Below, one piece after another: positions 36,223-46,198 of a DNA stretch of 64,000 nt; position 1 is the first letter of the stretch; each line of letters opens with the position of its first letter. Origin of the DNA: Candidatus Uhrbacteria bacterium (GTDB lineage: Bacteria; Patescibacteriota; Patescibacteriia; UBA9934; GWF2-40-263); NCBI GenBank assembly GCA_037131775.1, contig JBAXQK010000003.1:76439-140438 (forward strand), in the 5' to 3' direction. Both the position numbers and the translations under genes were made by a program. The notes under the pieces are model-generated. The model searched no databases, was not told the DNA's origin, and saw nothing but the letters and a program-made list of their open reading frames with translations.

Positions 36223-36687
36223 TTATTTTTCTGTGATTTCCGCCTCATGCTCGGCGTTCCATTGGTCGATGGACCGCTGAAGCACGTCGACGGCATGGGT
36301 ATCGAGAACGTCGTCCGCATGGGAGCCTGGCAGGGTGGCGGCCCGCCGCGAACCCGGATACACCTCGGTAATGCGGAAGAAGCCGTCTTCCCGCTGGATA
36401 TCCATTGCCACGCGGAAGATGATCGGCGCCTCGAGTCCCTTCTTCGCGGGAGGAAGCATGTTGCCGAATCCGACGATCTTTCCAGAAAGGCGATTCACCA
36501 TCGCGTTCGCCCCGGCCGCCGGATATCTCTTCCCGTCGACGACGACCGATCCCGCGTTCCCGCCGATCGATTCCCCGTTCAACAGCTCCACCATTGCCGT
36601 GTCCATCAGCCGTACGTTGTCGCGGATTACCTCGCCCTTCAGTGCCTCCGCCTCCCTGCCGGACATCGCGTCGAATGATTCGGACAT
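36223..36687 (-). CDS. hypothetical protein (about 154 aa)
   Basis: GC3-rich. Sits between the deaminase and the DHFR-like gene. Confidence 0.5.
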   Translation of the reverse strand: MSESFDAMSGREAEALKGEVIRDNVRLMDTAMVELLNGESIGGNAGSVVVDGKRYPAAGANAMVNRLSGKIVGFGNMLPPAKKGLEAPIIFRVAMDIQREDGFFRITEVYPGSRRAATLPGSHADDVLDTHAVDVLQRSIDQWNAEHEAEITEK

Positions 36688-36691
36688 ATCC

Positions 36692-37203
36692 TTACGCCTT
36701 AAAGCGCAGCAAAATCCCGCCGCCAAGAGGCTTCGCCTCGACGAGCGTCAGGTTCATCCTCCCGAACCCGGACGCGAGCGGAACGCCGTCGCCGAACAGG
36801 ACCGGCTCGACGGTAAGAAACAGCTCGTCGACGAGGCCGGCCGCGAGGAATTGCGAGTAGATCATCGATCCGCCGCAGACCGCGAGGCCCGTGAGCCCCT
36901 TCTTCGAGAGACGCGCGACCAGCTCGGCCGGCGTCTCCCGCGTCCACTCGACCCCGTCGCGCCCATCGAATTTCTCCGTATCCGATCCTCCCGTCGACGA
37001 CATCACGATTGTCCGGCGATCCTTGAGCGGTCTGCCAATGGTCTCGAACGTCTTGCGCCCCATCACGACGGCGCCGATGTCCTTCGTCTTGTCGGCAAAG
37101 AACCGCGTGTCTTCCTTCGACGTCCAGTCAAGCGACGACTGCTTCGCGTTCTGCGCGATCTTTCCGTCCGCGGAGATGGCGGCGATGATGGTTATTTTCA
37201 TAC
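36692..37203 (-). CDS. dihydrofolate reductase family protein (FolA / RibD-C-terminal-domain like)
   Basis: MKITIIAAISADGKIAQN...VVMGRKTFETIGRPLKDRRTIVMSS... ATG 37201-37203. 6-nt overlap with thyA. Confidence 0.75.
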
Positions 37204-38031
37204 GGCGATTTGCACTTTCATCATCGGCGCTCCCGGCTGGTACTGCGACGAGAACATTTCGACGAGCTCGCCGACAAGCGACGCGTCGGCCCCGAGGGCG
37301 CGGCGGAACGAGTTTTCCGGAAGTCGGCAGACGATCTCTGGGTGCGCGACGACTTCCCTTCCGAGAATGTCCTTGACCGCGTCGAACTGGTTCTCGTAGA
37401 TGTGGGCGTGCGAGATCGAGATCGTCAGCTTGCCGACCGCCACGTTCAGCTCCTGGGCGAGCATGGCCTGGAGGAGCGCGAAGTCGGCGGTGTCGTTCGG
37501 GTTGCCGAGGACCATGTCGTTCGAGCGCATGATCATGTGAAGGTTGAGCTTTCCGCCGATGATGTTCACCGTCCAGGTGAACGGGCACGGGACATTCTTT
37601 TTCTTGGGCGCGCGCAGGCCGTCGCTTGCCGGGTCCCACATCATGACCACTCCCTGCCGGCTCGAAGGCTCCTCGCGGAGGTGCTCGACCAGGTCGAGGA
37701 GCTGGTCGCGGCCGAAGTGGTGGCGCCAGCGGTAGCCGTAGGCGGTCTCGACCGTGCCGTCGTCCTCGAGGAAACTGTCCCAGCCCTTGGTGAACTGCTG
37801 GAGGAATCCGGCGTGCTTGTGGCCGGCAATGAACCAGACCGTCTCCGCACAGAAGAACTTTGGGAACATCTTGCGGACCGTCAGGAGCGGGAACCCCTTC
37901 GACGGTTCCAGCTCATAGGTGATCCCCGGGATCGCCCGCGTCGATATCCCCGTGCGCTCGCTTTGGACGGTTTCCCCCTCGCGGTAAATTCGGCCGACGG
38001 TATCGAGATAGAGGCGGTCGAAGGTGGTCAT
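37198..38031 (-). CDS. thyA: thymidylate synthase (ThyA family; active-site PCP instead of PCH)
   Basis: Aligns with ThyA along its length: RTGISTRAIPG, GFPLLTVRK, VPCPFTW (catalytic Cys), MRSND, NPND (Asn at the dUMP-specificity position). Confidence 0.8.
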   Translation of the reverse strand: MTTFDRLYLDTVGRIYREGETVQSERTGISTRAIPGITYELEPSKGFPLLTVRKMFPKFFCAETVWFIAGHKHAGFLQQFTKGWDSFLEDDGTVETAYGYRWRHHFGRDQLLDLVEHLREEPSSRQGVVMMWDPASDGLRAPKKKNVPCPFTWTVNIIGGKLNLHMIMRSNDMVLGNPNDTADFALLQAMLAQELNVAVGKLTISISHAHIYENQFDAVKDILGREVVAHPEIVCRLPENSFRRALGADASLVGELVEMFSSQYQPGAPMMKVQIAV

Positions 38032-38100
38032 ATCGCCCCCATCCTACCAGACAAACCCCCTGTTTCCAACCGGGCCGATCTGGGCTAAGATATCCCCGTT

Positions 38101-38532
38101 ATGGACATCTCTGTGGATATCAAAAGACTGGGCCCGGACGTGCCGGTTCCCGAGTACAAGACGACCGGCGCGATTGCGTTCGATATCGCCGTTTCCGAGC
38201 AAAAGACGATCCAGCCGGGCGAAACGGCATTTATTTCCACAGGGTTGGTCGTCTGCACCCCGCCCGGATACGGACTGATCCTTGCCGGCCGTTCTTCGAA
38301 CGCGAAAAAGCAGATCACGCTCGCGAACGGAATCGCGATTATCGACCAGGACTATTGCGGTCCGAGCGACCAGCTCCTCCTGTCCATTCGCAACGAGGGG
38401 CCAATCGCCTATACCGTCGAACGGGGCGAACGAATCGCGCAAGGGCTGTTCGTTCCCATCGTCCGCGCGATATTTCGCGACGTCGAGACACTGTCCGCCC
38501 CGGACCGCGGGGGGTACGGGACTACCGGATAG
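38101..38532 (+). CDS. dut: dUTP diphosphatase
   Basis: 143 aa; dUTPase motifs ...AGRSS... and ...RGERIAQ... Confidence 0.8.
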   Translation: MDISVDIKRLGPDVPVPEYKTTGAIAFDIAVSEQKTIQPGETAFISTGLVVCTPPGYGLILAGRSSNAKKQITLANGIAIIDQDYCGPSDQLLLSIRNEGPIAYTVERGERIAQGLFVPIVRAIFRDVETLSAPDRGGYGTTG

Positions 38533-38559
38533 GTCCTATTGGACCCATCGGACCTATGC

Positions 38560-38565
38560 TATAAT
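38560..38565 (+). promoter_or_regulatory. TATAAT -10 box 6 nt upstream of the tmk-like ATG (leaderless), within tandem GGACCYAT repeats (38531-38571)
   Basis: aGGTCCTATtGGACCCATcGGACCTATgcTATAATcGACCTATG. Confidence 0.5.
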
Positions 38566-38571
38566 CGACCT

Positions 38572-39291
38572 ATGCCAACAGGCCGGTTCATCATGATCGA
38601 CGGCATCGCGGGGAGCGGGAAATCGACCCTGCTTCGGGCCGCCGAGATCTGGGCGAAGGAATGCGGCCACAAGGTGTTCGACATGCGGGAGTGGACAAAG
38701 ACCCACGCGGATCCGCCCACGTTCGACCAGGCGAAGGACTACGACGTGTTCTTCACTTACGAGCCGACGCGGCAGTGGGTGGGCGCGGCCATCCGGTTCG
38801 AGCTTTCGCGGACCGACCTTCCCTACAACGGCGAGTCGCTTGCACACGCGTTCGCCCTCGACAGGGAGATCATGTACAAGCGCCTGATCATCCCGGCGCT
38901 CGGGGCCGGCAAGACGGTATTCCAGGACCGCGGCGTGTGCACGTCGATCGTCTACCAGCCCATCATGCCCGGAGGGATCTCGTTGCGACGGTTACTGAAG
39001 CTCCCGGGAAACGCCCTCGCGCTGAAGCACCCGCCCACCGCGCTCATCGTGACCGACCTCGACCCGGCCGTCGCGGTCGAGCGCCTGAAGAAGCGCGACG
39101 AGGAATCCCGGGGAGTGTTCGCGGACGTCGCCTTTCTCCGTCGCGTCACCAAGCGCTTCCGATCCCATTGGTTCTCGTATCTCTTCCACCGCCTCGGAAC
39201 CTCGGTCCATGCCTTCGATACCGACGTCCCCATGGACGCGATGGTCGCGCGGGCCAGACAGCTCATCGAATCCATCCTAAAAACCTGCTAG
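38572..39291 (+). CDS. thymidylate kinase-like dNMP kinase
   Basis: P-loop FIMIDGIAGSGKSTL and LDR-like ALDREI. Leaderless-type promoter TATAAT 38560-38565. Confidence 0.7.
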   Translation: MPTGRFIMIDGIAGSGKSTLLRAAEIWAKECGHKVFDMREWTKTHADPPTFDQAKDYDVFFTYEPTRQWVGAAIRFELSRTDLPYNGESLAHAFALDREIMYKRLIIPALGAGKTVFQDRGVCTSIVYQPIMPGGISLRRLLKLPGNALALKHPPTALIVTDLDPAVAVERLKKRDEESRGVFADVAFLRRVTKRFRSHWFSYLFHRLGTSVHAFDTDVPMDAMVARARQLIESILKTC

Positions 39292-39308
39292 ACCTTTTAC
39301 TTCATTCT

Positions 39309-40178
39309 ATGGCCCTTATCACCATCGGAGAGCTCATCGACCGCTCCTGGGAGCACTATCACAAGGAATTCTCCAGCCTCATGAGCGTTTCCGGATGGAT
39401 CCTGCTCGTGGCAATCTTCAACGTGGCGACGCTAGCGCTCTACCCGTCCGCGTCCCGGCTGCTCACCGTCGACACGACGCTTACGAAACCGGAGGCGGTC
39501 GGCGTGGCCATGTACGCCTTTTCCAACTGGGTTCTCGGGCCGCTGCTCGGTCTCTGGATCTTCATCACGCTCATCCGTCTCATCCGCTCGCAGCTGTCCG
39601 GAAAGCGCGCGGGGATCCGGGAGGCGCTCGCCGACGGAAAGAAGTACTTCCTTCCCACGCTGGCCGTCACCGCCATGATCTTCCTGATCCTCGTGGCCGT
39701 CGTCCTGATCGGGTTCGGACCGTCGCTCATCCTGTCCCTTTTGGCGACCGTCACGAAGCTCGGCTTCCTCACCGTTCTCGCGACGATTTCCCTGGTCGTC
39801 GGCGTGATGGCTTCCCTCGTCCTTGGAATCCGCTGGTCCGTCCACTACTACTTCGCGCCGTTTACCCTTCTCGTGGACGACGTGCGCGGCAAGGCCGCGC
39901 TGACCGCGGCGCGCAAGCTGGTCGACGGACGGTTCTGGCAGGTCCTCATCCGCCTCGCCCTCCCGAAGATCTTGTTCATCCTCGTTGGCGTTCTCCTCAT
40001 GGCGCTGGTCCAGTTCGTCTTCTCCGTCGTGAGCAGCGCGTTCGTCGGACTCAGCGTCGACGTCCAGCTCCGCATCTCCACGATCGTCCTGTCCGTACTC
40101 TCCACGCTCGTCGCCGCCCTTATCAACCCGCTCATCGTCGCCTCCGACCTGATGCTTTATCAATCTTTGAAAAGGTAG
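39309..40178 (+). CDS. polytopic membrane protein, unknown (paralogue 1)
   Basis: MALITIGELIDRSWEHYHKEF... about 6 TM. Paralogous to the next gene. Confidence 0.6.
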   Translation: MALITIGELIDRSWEHYHKEFSSLMSVSGWILLVAIFNVATLALYPSASRLLTVDTTLTKPEAVGVAMYAFSNWVLGPLLGLWIFITLIRLIRSQLSGKRAGIREALADGKKYFLPTLAVTAMIFLILVAVVLIGFGPSLILSLLATVTKLGFLTVLATISLVVGVMASLVLGIRWSVHYYFAPFTLLVDDVRGKAALTAARKLVDGRFWQVLIRLALPKILFILVGVLLMALVQFVFSVVSSAFVGLSVDVQLRISTIVLSVLSTLVAALINPLIVASDLMLYQSLKR

Positions 40179-40242
40179 GTAGTTTGTGGTGAGTCGTGAG
40201 TAGTTTGAATACCACTCACTACAAACCACTCACTACAAACTA
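40179..40242. repeat. inverted array of tandem 7-nt repeats (CCACTCA/CTACAAA x2 vs complement)
   Basis: GTAGTTTGTGGTGAGTCGTGAGTAGTTTG aata CCACTCACTACAAACCACTCACTACAAACTA. Between the two paralogous membrane-protein genes. Confidence 0.75.
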
Positions 40243-40249
40243 ACTCGAT

Positions 40250-40987
40250 ATGACCTCCGTCCCAAACCTTCTGCGCGCGTCCTTTCAGCTGTACCGAACC
40301 CACGCGAAGCTCTTTGTCGGATACGTCTCCTGGCTCCTGCTCTCGTACGCCGCGATCGTGCTTGTGACGCTCATTCCAAACGAGGGGGTCCGCATGGGCC
40401 TCGGCCTTGCCGTCGAGCTCGCCGACGGGATGCTCTGGCTCTTCATCGGGGTGATCATGATCGTCCTGACACACCAGCTCGGGAATGGCAAGGAAATCGA
40501 CACGAACGTCGTTCCCCTGTATGCCCTTTCCGCCCTCGGGTCCTTCGCCTGGGTCGGACTCCTTCAGGCGCTCACGGTGGCAGGCGGTTTTCTCCTGCTT
40601 GTCATCCCGGGGTTGATTTTCCTCGTCTGGTTCGGCTTTGCCCAACAGGCGCTGCTCCTGGACGGAAAGAGGGGCCTCGACGCGCTGTCGGCCAGCCGCG
40701 ACCTCGCGAAAGGGCGTTTCTTCGTGGCCGCGCTCTACCAGCTCGGCGGCCCGGTTCTCGTCGGGATCGCCTACCTCGTCGTCCTCTCCCTCGCCTATGT
40801 CGCCCTGTCCGCCCTCACGCACACGCCGATCGAGGACATCTTCGGCGACACTCCCCCGCTCTGGGCCGACATGCTCGGCACGATCGGAAACATCTTCCTC
40901 CTTCCGATGTTGTCGATCTATGGGGTGATGGCATACAAGGAGATGAAGACGAGCGTCCCCGCAAAAACAGAACCGGCAAATTCGTAA
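40250..40987 (+). CDS. polytopic membrane protein, unknown (paralogue 2)
   Basis: MTSVPNLLRASFQLYRTHAKLF... Same architecture as 39309..40178. Confidence 0.6.
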   Translation: MTSVPNLLRASFQLYRTHAKLFVGYVSWLLLSYAAIVLVTLIPNEGVRMGLGLAVELADGMLWLFIGVIMIVLTHQLGNGKEIDTNVVPLYALSALGSFAWVGLLQALTVAGGFLLLVIPGLIFLVWFGFAQQALLLDGKRGLDALSASRDLAKGRFFVAALYQLGGPVLVGIAYLVVLSLAYVALSALTHTPIEDIFGDTPPLWADMLGTIGNIFLLPMLSIYGVMAYKEMKTSVPAKTEPANS

Positions 40988-41056
40988 CGTTCGTTGCAAT
41001 TCGTGTCATACGCAATTTAGTAACCGTATTCGTTATTCGCAACCCCGCTTTTTCCT

Positions 41057-42529
41057 ATGCTCGTCCCCGTCATCGGCCTTGAGATCCACCTCCAGCTGAA
41101 AACCAAGACCAAGATGTTCTGCGCCTGCTCGGCCCACGAGGCGGCGGCGCCGAATGCGAACGTTTGCGCCATCTGCACCGGCCAGCCCGGCACCCTGCCC
41201 GTCCCGAACGAGCAGGCGGTTCGCTTTGGCATCCGCATGGGTCTCGCGCTCAACTGCGCCATCGCGCCGCACTCCAAGTTCGACCGCAAGCACTACTTCT
41301 ATCCCGACCTTCCGAAGGCCTACCAGATCTCGCAGTACGACCTGCCGATCGCCGAGAAGGGGTTCGTCATGGTCGGATCGCACCGCGTCGGGATCACGCG
41401 CGCGCACCTCGAGGAGGACGCGGCGAAGAACCTGCATGGCGCGGACGGAAAGACGTACGTCGACTTCAACCGCGCGGGAACGCCGCTCATCGAGATGGTC
41501 ACCGATCCGGATTTCGCGTCGCCGGAGGAGGCGAAGGCATTTTTACAGGACCTGCGGCTGATGGCGCGCTACCTTGGCGTCTCCGACGCGGACATGGAGA
41601 AGGGGCAGATGCGCTGCGACGCGAACGTGTCGCTTCGCGAGGTCGACGACGCCGGAAATATCGTCGGGCCGAAGTTTCACCCGAAGACCGAGATCAAGAA
41701 CATCAACTCGTTCCGCAACGTCGAGCGCGCGCTCCAGTTCGAGCTCAAGCGCCAGGCCGACCTCTGGGCCGCCGGCTCTCCCCCGTCCGTCACCACGACG
41801 CGCGGATGGGACGACGCGACGCAGGGGACGAAGGAGCAGCGCGTGAAGGAGGCCGAGGGCGACTATCGGTATTTCCCGGAACCGGATATCCCGGTGCTCG
41901 AGCTGTCGAAGATCGCCGACGAGGAGCGCGCCCGGATGCCGGAGTTACCGGCGGCTCGACGAGCGCGGTTCGTCGACGAGTACGGCTTGAAGGCCGACGA
42001 CGCGAAGCAGATCTGCGAAGACCCGGCGCTGTCGGAATTTACCGAGCACGTCTTCTCGGAGCTTGGCGAGTGGACGAAGGCGAATGGCGGCGCGACGGAA
42101 AAACAAAAGACGGCGAACCTGGTCGCCGGATGGCTGCTGTCCAAGCTTGGCGGACTTCTGCTCGAACGAAACGTCGACGTCGGCTCCATGAAGATCGACG
42201 CGGAAAACTTCGCGGAGTTCATTTCCCTGCTGGCCTCGAATAAGCTCTCCTCATCCGCGGGCATGACGGTGCTGACCGAGATGCTCGAGTCCGGCGCGGA
42301 CCCGTCCGGCGTGATGGAGGCAAAGCGGTTGGGGAACATCGAGGACGCGTCCGTGATCGCCGAGATCGTCGACCGCGTGCTCGGCAACAATCCGGAGATC
42401 GTCGAACGTTACAAGGCCGGAAAGAAGGAGCTTATCCAGGTGCTCGTCGGCCAGGTCATGAAGGAAACGGAGGGCGCGGTGGACGCGAAGATCGCGAGAA
42501 ACATGCTGCTCGTGAAGCTTGAATCGTAA
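41057..42529 (+). CDS. gatB: Asp/Glu-tRNA amidotransferase subunit B
   Basis: MLVPVIGLEIHLQLKTKTKMFCACS...; 490 aa. Confidence 0.93.
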   Translation: MLVPVIGLEIHLQLKTKTKMFCACSAHEAAAPNANVCAICTGQPGTLPVPNEQAVRFGIRMGLALNCAIAPHSKFDRKHYFYPDLPKAYQISQYDLPIAEKGFVMVGSHRVGITRAHLEEDAAKNLHGADGKTYVDFNRAGTPLIEMVTDPDFASPEEAKAFLQDLRLMARYLGVSDADMEKGQMRCDANVSLREVDDAGNIVGPKFHPKTEIKNINSFRNVERALQFELKRQADLWAAGSPPSVTTTRGWDDATQGTKEQRVKEAEGDYRYFPEPDIPVLELSKIADEERARMPELPAARRARFVDEYGLKADDAKQICEDPALSEFTEHVFSELGEWTKANGGATEKQKTANLVAGWLLSKLGGLLLERNVDVGSMKIDAENFAEFISLLASNKLSSSAGMTVLTEMLESGADPSGVMEAKRLGNIEDASVIAEIVDRVLGNNPEIVERYKAGKKELIQVLVGQVMKETEGAVDAKIARNMLLVKLES

Positions 42530-42539
42530 CGCAAACGCT

Positions 42540-42893
42540 ATGGAACGTCTTTTTCGAAACCCAGCGGAAGGCGAGCCGATCCTGGACCCGGTCCTCGTCG
42601 AGACGCTGAACGCGATCGAGGGCGCGAAGCTGGTCCTGAACGACCGTGCGGAGACCCTCGCGAATCGACACGAACGCCTCGAGGCAAACCTGGACGCGCT
42701 CCGCTCCATGCTCGAGGCCGCGTCAAGGAGCCGCGACACCGAACGGTTCACGACCCTGGAAACGGCAGCGGTCGCCATCCTCACGCGCATGGGATCCCTG
42801 CGCGGTTCGATGCAGGCCGTCTCCGACGAGATCGACGCGATCGACGCGCATCTTGCGATGCTCGTCGAGCTCCCCGTCCCGATCAATGAGTAA
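42540..42893 (+). CDS. hypothetical coiled-coil protein (117 aa)
   Basis: Strongly GC3-biased. Converges with miaA, overlapping by about 10 nt. Confidence 0.45.
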   Translation: MERLFRNPAEGEPILDPVLVETLNAIEGAKLVLNDRAETLANRHERLEANLDALRSMLEAASRSRDTERFTTLETAAVAILTRMGSLRGSMQAVSDEIDAIDAHLAMLVELPVPINE

Positions 42894-43836
42894 CCCACTC
42901 TGCGACGATCTCAAGCGCGTCGACGGGATTCTCTATCCACCGCACGCGATCGTCGCGCCGAAACCAGGTCATCTGCCGCTTCGCATAGGCACGGGTGACC
43001 TTTTTGGTTTCCTCGACGGCGTCGGCAAGTGGACGCGAACCGTCGAGAAACGCGCAGATCTGACGATACCCGATCCCCGTCATCGCCTCGTTGTCGCATC
43101 CAAATTTGTCGCGCAGCCGGCGCACCTCGTTGACGAGCCCCGTCGCGACCATGGCTTCGACGCGGTCGTTGATCCTTGCGTTCAGGACGTCGCGGTCGAC
43201 CAGGATTCCGATCTCAAGAAGGTCGTACTTCGACGTCCCGCGCTTCAGCTGCGCGGAGAACGGCTTCCCCGTCGCGATCGTCACCTCGAGCGCGCGAACC
43301 ACGCGGCGCTTGTTCTGGCGGTCAATGAGTTCCGCGCCGTCCGGGTCCAGACGCTTGTACTCTGCGAACAGGTCGTCGAGGTGCCGCGCCTCGAGCGTGT
43401 CGCGCAATTCGTCGTTCCGAGCCGTCTCGGTCAGGTTCAAATCGTCCACCACCGCGCGGACCCACAGCCCGGTTCCCCCGACGAGGATCGGGAGCTTCCC
43501 GCGCTTCGAGATCTCGACGATCTTCTCCTCCGCATATTTCTTAAAGTCCGCCACGGAATACTCCGCGTCCGGATCGACCAGGTCGATTCCCCAGTGCGGA
43601 ATCCCCTCGACGACAAGATGGTGCTCGCTCGCGAACAGCGTGCCGATCCCCTCCTTCGACCCGCCGATCCTCAGTGCCTTCTCTCCCTCGACCTTCCCCG
43701 TCCCCACGTCCATTCCCCGATACACCTGCCTCGAGTCAACAGAAATGACCTCGCCGTCAAACCGTTTGGCAAGGTCGATCCCGAGCTGGGTTTTTCCGGA
43801 CGCGGTCGGTCCGACGATGACGAGAAGCTTGCGCAT
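42883..43836 (-). CDS. miaA: tRNA dimethylallyltransferase
   Basis: MRKLLVIVGPTASGKTQLGIDLAK... Confidence 0.92.
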   Translation of the reverse strand: MRKLLVIVGPTASGKTQLGIDLAKRFDGEVISVDSRQVYRGMDVGTGKVEGEKALRIGGSKEGIGTLFASEHHLVVEGIPHWGIDLVDPDAEYSVADFKKYAEEKIVEISKRGKLPILVGGTGLWVRAVVDDLNLTETARNDELRDTLEARHLDDLFAEYKRLDPDGAELIDRQNKRRVVRALEVTIATGKPFSAQLKRGTSKYDLLEIGILVDRDVLNARINDRVEAMVATGLVNEVRRLRDKFGCDNEAMTGIGYRQICAFLDGSRPLADAVEETKKVTRAYAKRQMTWFRRDDRVRWIENPVDALEIVAEWVTH

Positions 43837-43854
43837 ATGATCGTTGGCGAAACA

Positions 43855-45243
43855 TTAGACAATCTCCCCGTCGAGAATCCACTTCTCCGCCTTCGCGACC
43901 CTCACGTTCACGATCTGCCCCAGCAGCTCCTTCCCTCCCGGGAACCGCACCAGCTTCATCTCGCGCGAGTTTCCGAGACACGTTCCCGGCATCTTCGCCA
44001 AACGGTCGAGGATATTCCCGGGCAGTTCGAGCATCTCGTCGGTGGCGACCGGAACCTCGTGGCGCTCGACGAGGACGGAGACGACCTTGCCGACGTACGC
44101 CTGGTTTTTCTCGAAGACGATCCGTTCCTGAATGTCCTGGAGGTGCTTCCAGCGCCATTTCTTCTCGTCGCCGTCCACATCGTCCTTGAACGCACGCCAC
44201 GCGGCGGTTCCGGAACGCGTCGAATAGCGGGCCGTGTACGAGATGTCGAAGCGGACCTGCTCGTACAGCTCGGCCGTCTTCAGATACTGCTCGCGCGATT
44301 CGCCGCAGAATCCGACGATAATGTCGGTTCCGATCGCAAGGCCCGGGATTTTCTCACGGAGACGGCGGACCACGTCAAGGAACTGCGCCGAGGTGTAGCG
44401 CCGGTTCATGCGCTTGAGCACCGCGTCGTCGCCGGCCTGTACCGGGAGATGGATGTAATTGAGATGCGCGGGGAGCGTCATCGCGTCGATGGCCTCGTCG
44501 CTCATGTGCAGCGGGTGCGGCGCGGTGTAGTGGAGGCGCGAGATTCCCGCAACCTGGTTCACCTCCCACAGCAGCGCCGCGAAATGGTCCTTGTACGGGT
44601 TCGCCGTCGAGAACGACTCGGGGTCCGGCGCGCGGAACGAGTTGACGGTCTGCCCGAGCAGCGTGATCTCGACGCAGCCGTGGTCGGCCAGGTCGCGGAC
44701 TTCCGTCAGGATGTCGACGACCGTGCGATTCTTCTCGAGTCCGCGGGCGAACGGCACGACGCAGTACGTGCAGAACTTGTTGCAGCCGGTCTGGATCGTG
44801 ACGAACCCCTGGCGGAACGTGCGGCGCTCGGGAATCACCTTCAGGTAGTCCTCGCCGATGTCCGCCCCGTTCACGAGCTCCGGACGCAGTTCAGAAATCC
44901 AGCGCGGGAGCTGAACGACGTCAGTGATGGGAAAATAAAGGTCGGCAGTGGGCATCTTCTTGCGGATCGCGCCGTCGCGGTCGCGTCCCGGAAGGCAGCC
45001 GGTGATTCCGACGATGAGGTTCGGACGCGCCAGCTTCAGCTTGTCGAACTCGCGCAAAAATCCGAACACGCGATCCTCGGCGCTCTGCCGGACCGAGCAG
45101 GTGTTCACGAGGATCAGGTCGGCCTCCTCCTTGCGTTCGGTTGAAACAAAACCGACTCCGGAGAGGATGGCATCCATCCGCTCGGAGTCGTTCTTATTCA
45201 TCTGGCAGCCGAGAGTAATGAGATGGTATTTTGGTGCGTCCAT
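43855..45243 (-). CDS. miaB: tRNA-i6A37 methylthiotransferase (radical SAM)
   Basis: CNKFCTYC radical-SAM motif; N-terminal MTTase domain with LGCQMN; TRAM C-terminus. Confidence 0.9.
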   Translation of the reverse strand: MDAPKYHLITLGCQMNKNDSERMDAILSGVGFVSTERKEEADLILVNTCSVRQSAEDRVFGFLREFDKLKLARPNLIVGITGCLPGRDRDGAIRKKMPTADLYFPITDVVQLPRWISELRPELVNGADIGEDYLKVIPERRTFRQGFVTIQTGCNKFCTYCVVPFARGLEKNRTVVDILTEVRDLADHGCVEITLLGQTVNSFRAPDPESFSTANPYKDHFAALLWEVNQVAGISRLHYTAPHPLHMSDEAIDAMTLPAHLNYIHLPVQAGDDAVLKRMNRRYTSAQFLDVVRRLREKIPGLAIGTDIIVGFCGESREQYLKTAELYEQVRFDISYTARYSTRSGTAAWRAFKDDVDGDEKKWRWKHLQDIQERIVFEKNQAYVGKVVSVLVERHEVPVATDEMLELPGNILDRLAKMPGTCLGNSREMKLVRFPGGKELLGQIVNVRVAKAEKWILDGEIV

Positions 45244-45277
45244 GTACGCGAAAAACTAACAGTTCGGCGCCCAAAAG

Positions 45278-46189
45278 TCAACGAGTGGCGTCTGGCTTTC
45301 GATTCGCCTTGCGAATCAGGAACGCCTCCCTCAGACGCATGGACGAAAGTTCCTTGTCTATGTCGGCCTTCGCGAAGATGTTCCAGATGTTGAGCTTCGC
45401 GCGCTCCGCCTGTTTGCGTTTCATTTTTGTCTGAAGCTCGGCCAGCTCGACGCGATCGGGATTCGTGTCAATATCCTTGTCGCCCAGCGTTTCCAGGACC
45501 GAACCCTTTGCGGCGATCCTCTCCGCCTGCTCCCGTGCCCCTTCCGTGCGCAATCGGCTCCACTCGTTTCCAGGCATCGCCGATATCTTCCGGACGATTT
45601 GGATCTGATCCTTGATAACACGCGCCTCGTCGATCGCCGTTCGGGTTGCCGCTTCGTTCCCTCCCGAAAACGCGGCCGCGCGCTCGGCTTGCTCAAGCCG
45701 GCGTTCCAGGATGTGGACGTACATGTTCGGATCCGTGAACCGAAGCGATTTCGCGTCCGTCCTCACGCGCGCATCGGCCAGCCTTGGAATCAACGCGTTC
45801 ATTTCCCCGCGAATATTCTTGATGACCGCGCGGTCCGTCGGCGTCTCGACGCCAAGTTCGTCAAATTCGCGCGCCTGGGCGGTGCGCTCGTCGAATGCCT
45901 GGGACAGATTCGCCCAGTAGTCCTCGACCTTGCCGTCCTTCGCGATCTTTTCCGCCACGATCGCCGCGTACCGGCTTCTGGCCAGATCCGCCGCAAAGTC
46001 GACGGCCGGCGGACGTCCGGCCTCCGGACGCGAAGCGGGCACCGGCGGCATTTCGATCCGCGGCATCGGCTGGAAAAGAAATGGCGGGCCGACGATATCC
46101 GTCTCGTCGTCGGCCACGGGAAGATTGACCGGCTTCCAGTCCCGCATCCGTGTCTTCAGTTGTTCGCCGATCGGTGATTGTCCCTCCAT
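45278..46189 (-). CDS. hypothetical protein (303 aa), helical
   Basis: GC3-rich. Leaderless-type promoter TGGTATAAT 9 nt upstream. Confidence 0.5.
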   Translation of the reverse strand: MEGQSPIGEQLKTRMRDWKPVNLPVADDETDIVGPPFLFQPMPRIEMPPVPASRPEAGRPPAVDFAADLARSRYAAIVAEKIAKDGKVEDYWANLSQAFDERTAQAREFDELGVETPTDRAVIKNIRGEMNALIPRLADARVRTDAKSLRFTDPNMYVHILERRLEQAERAAAFSGGNEAATRTAIDEARVIKDQIQIVRKISAMPGNEWSRLRTEGAREQAERIAAKGSVLETLGDKDIDTNPDRVELAELQTKMKRKQAERAKLNIWNIFAKADIDKELSSMRLREAFLIRKANRKPDATR

Positions 46190-46198
46190 AATAAAAAG

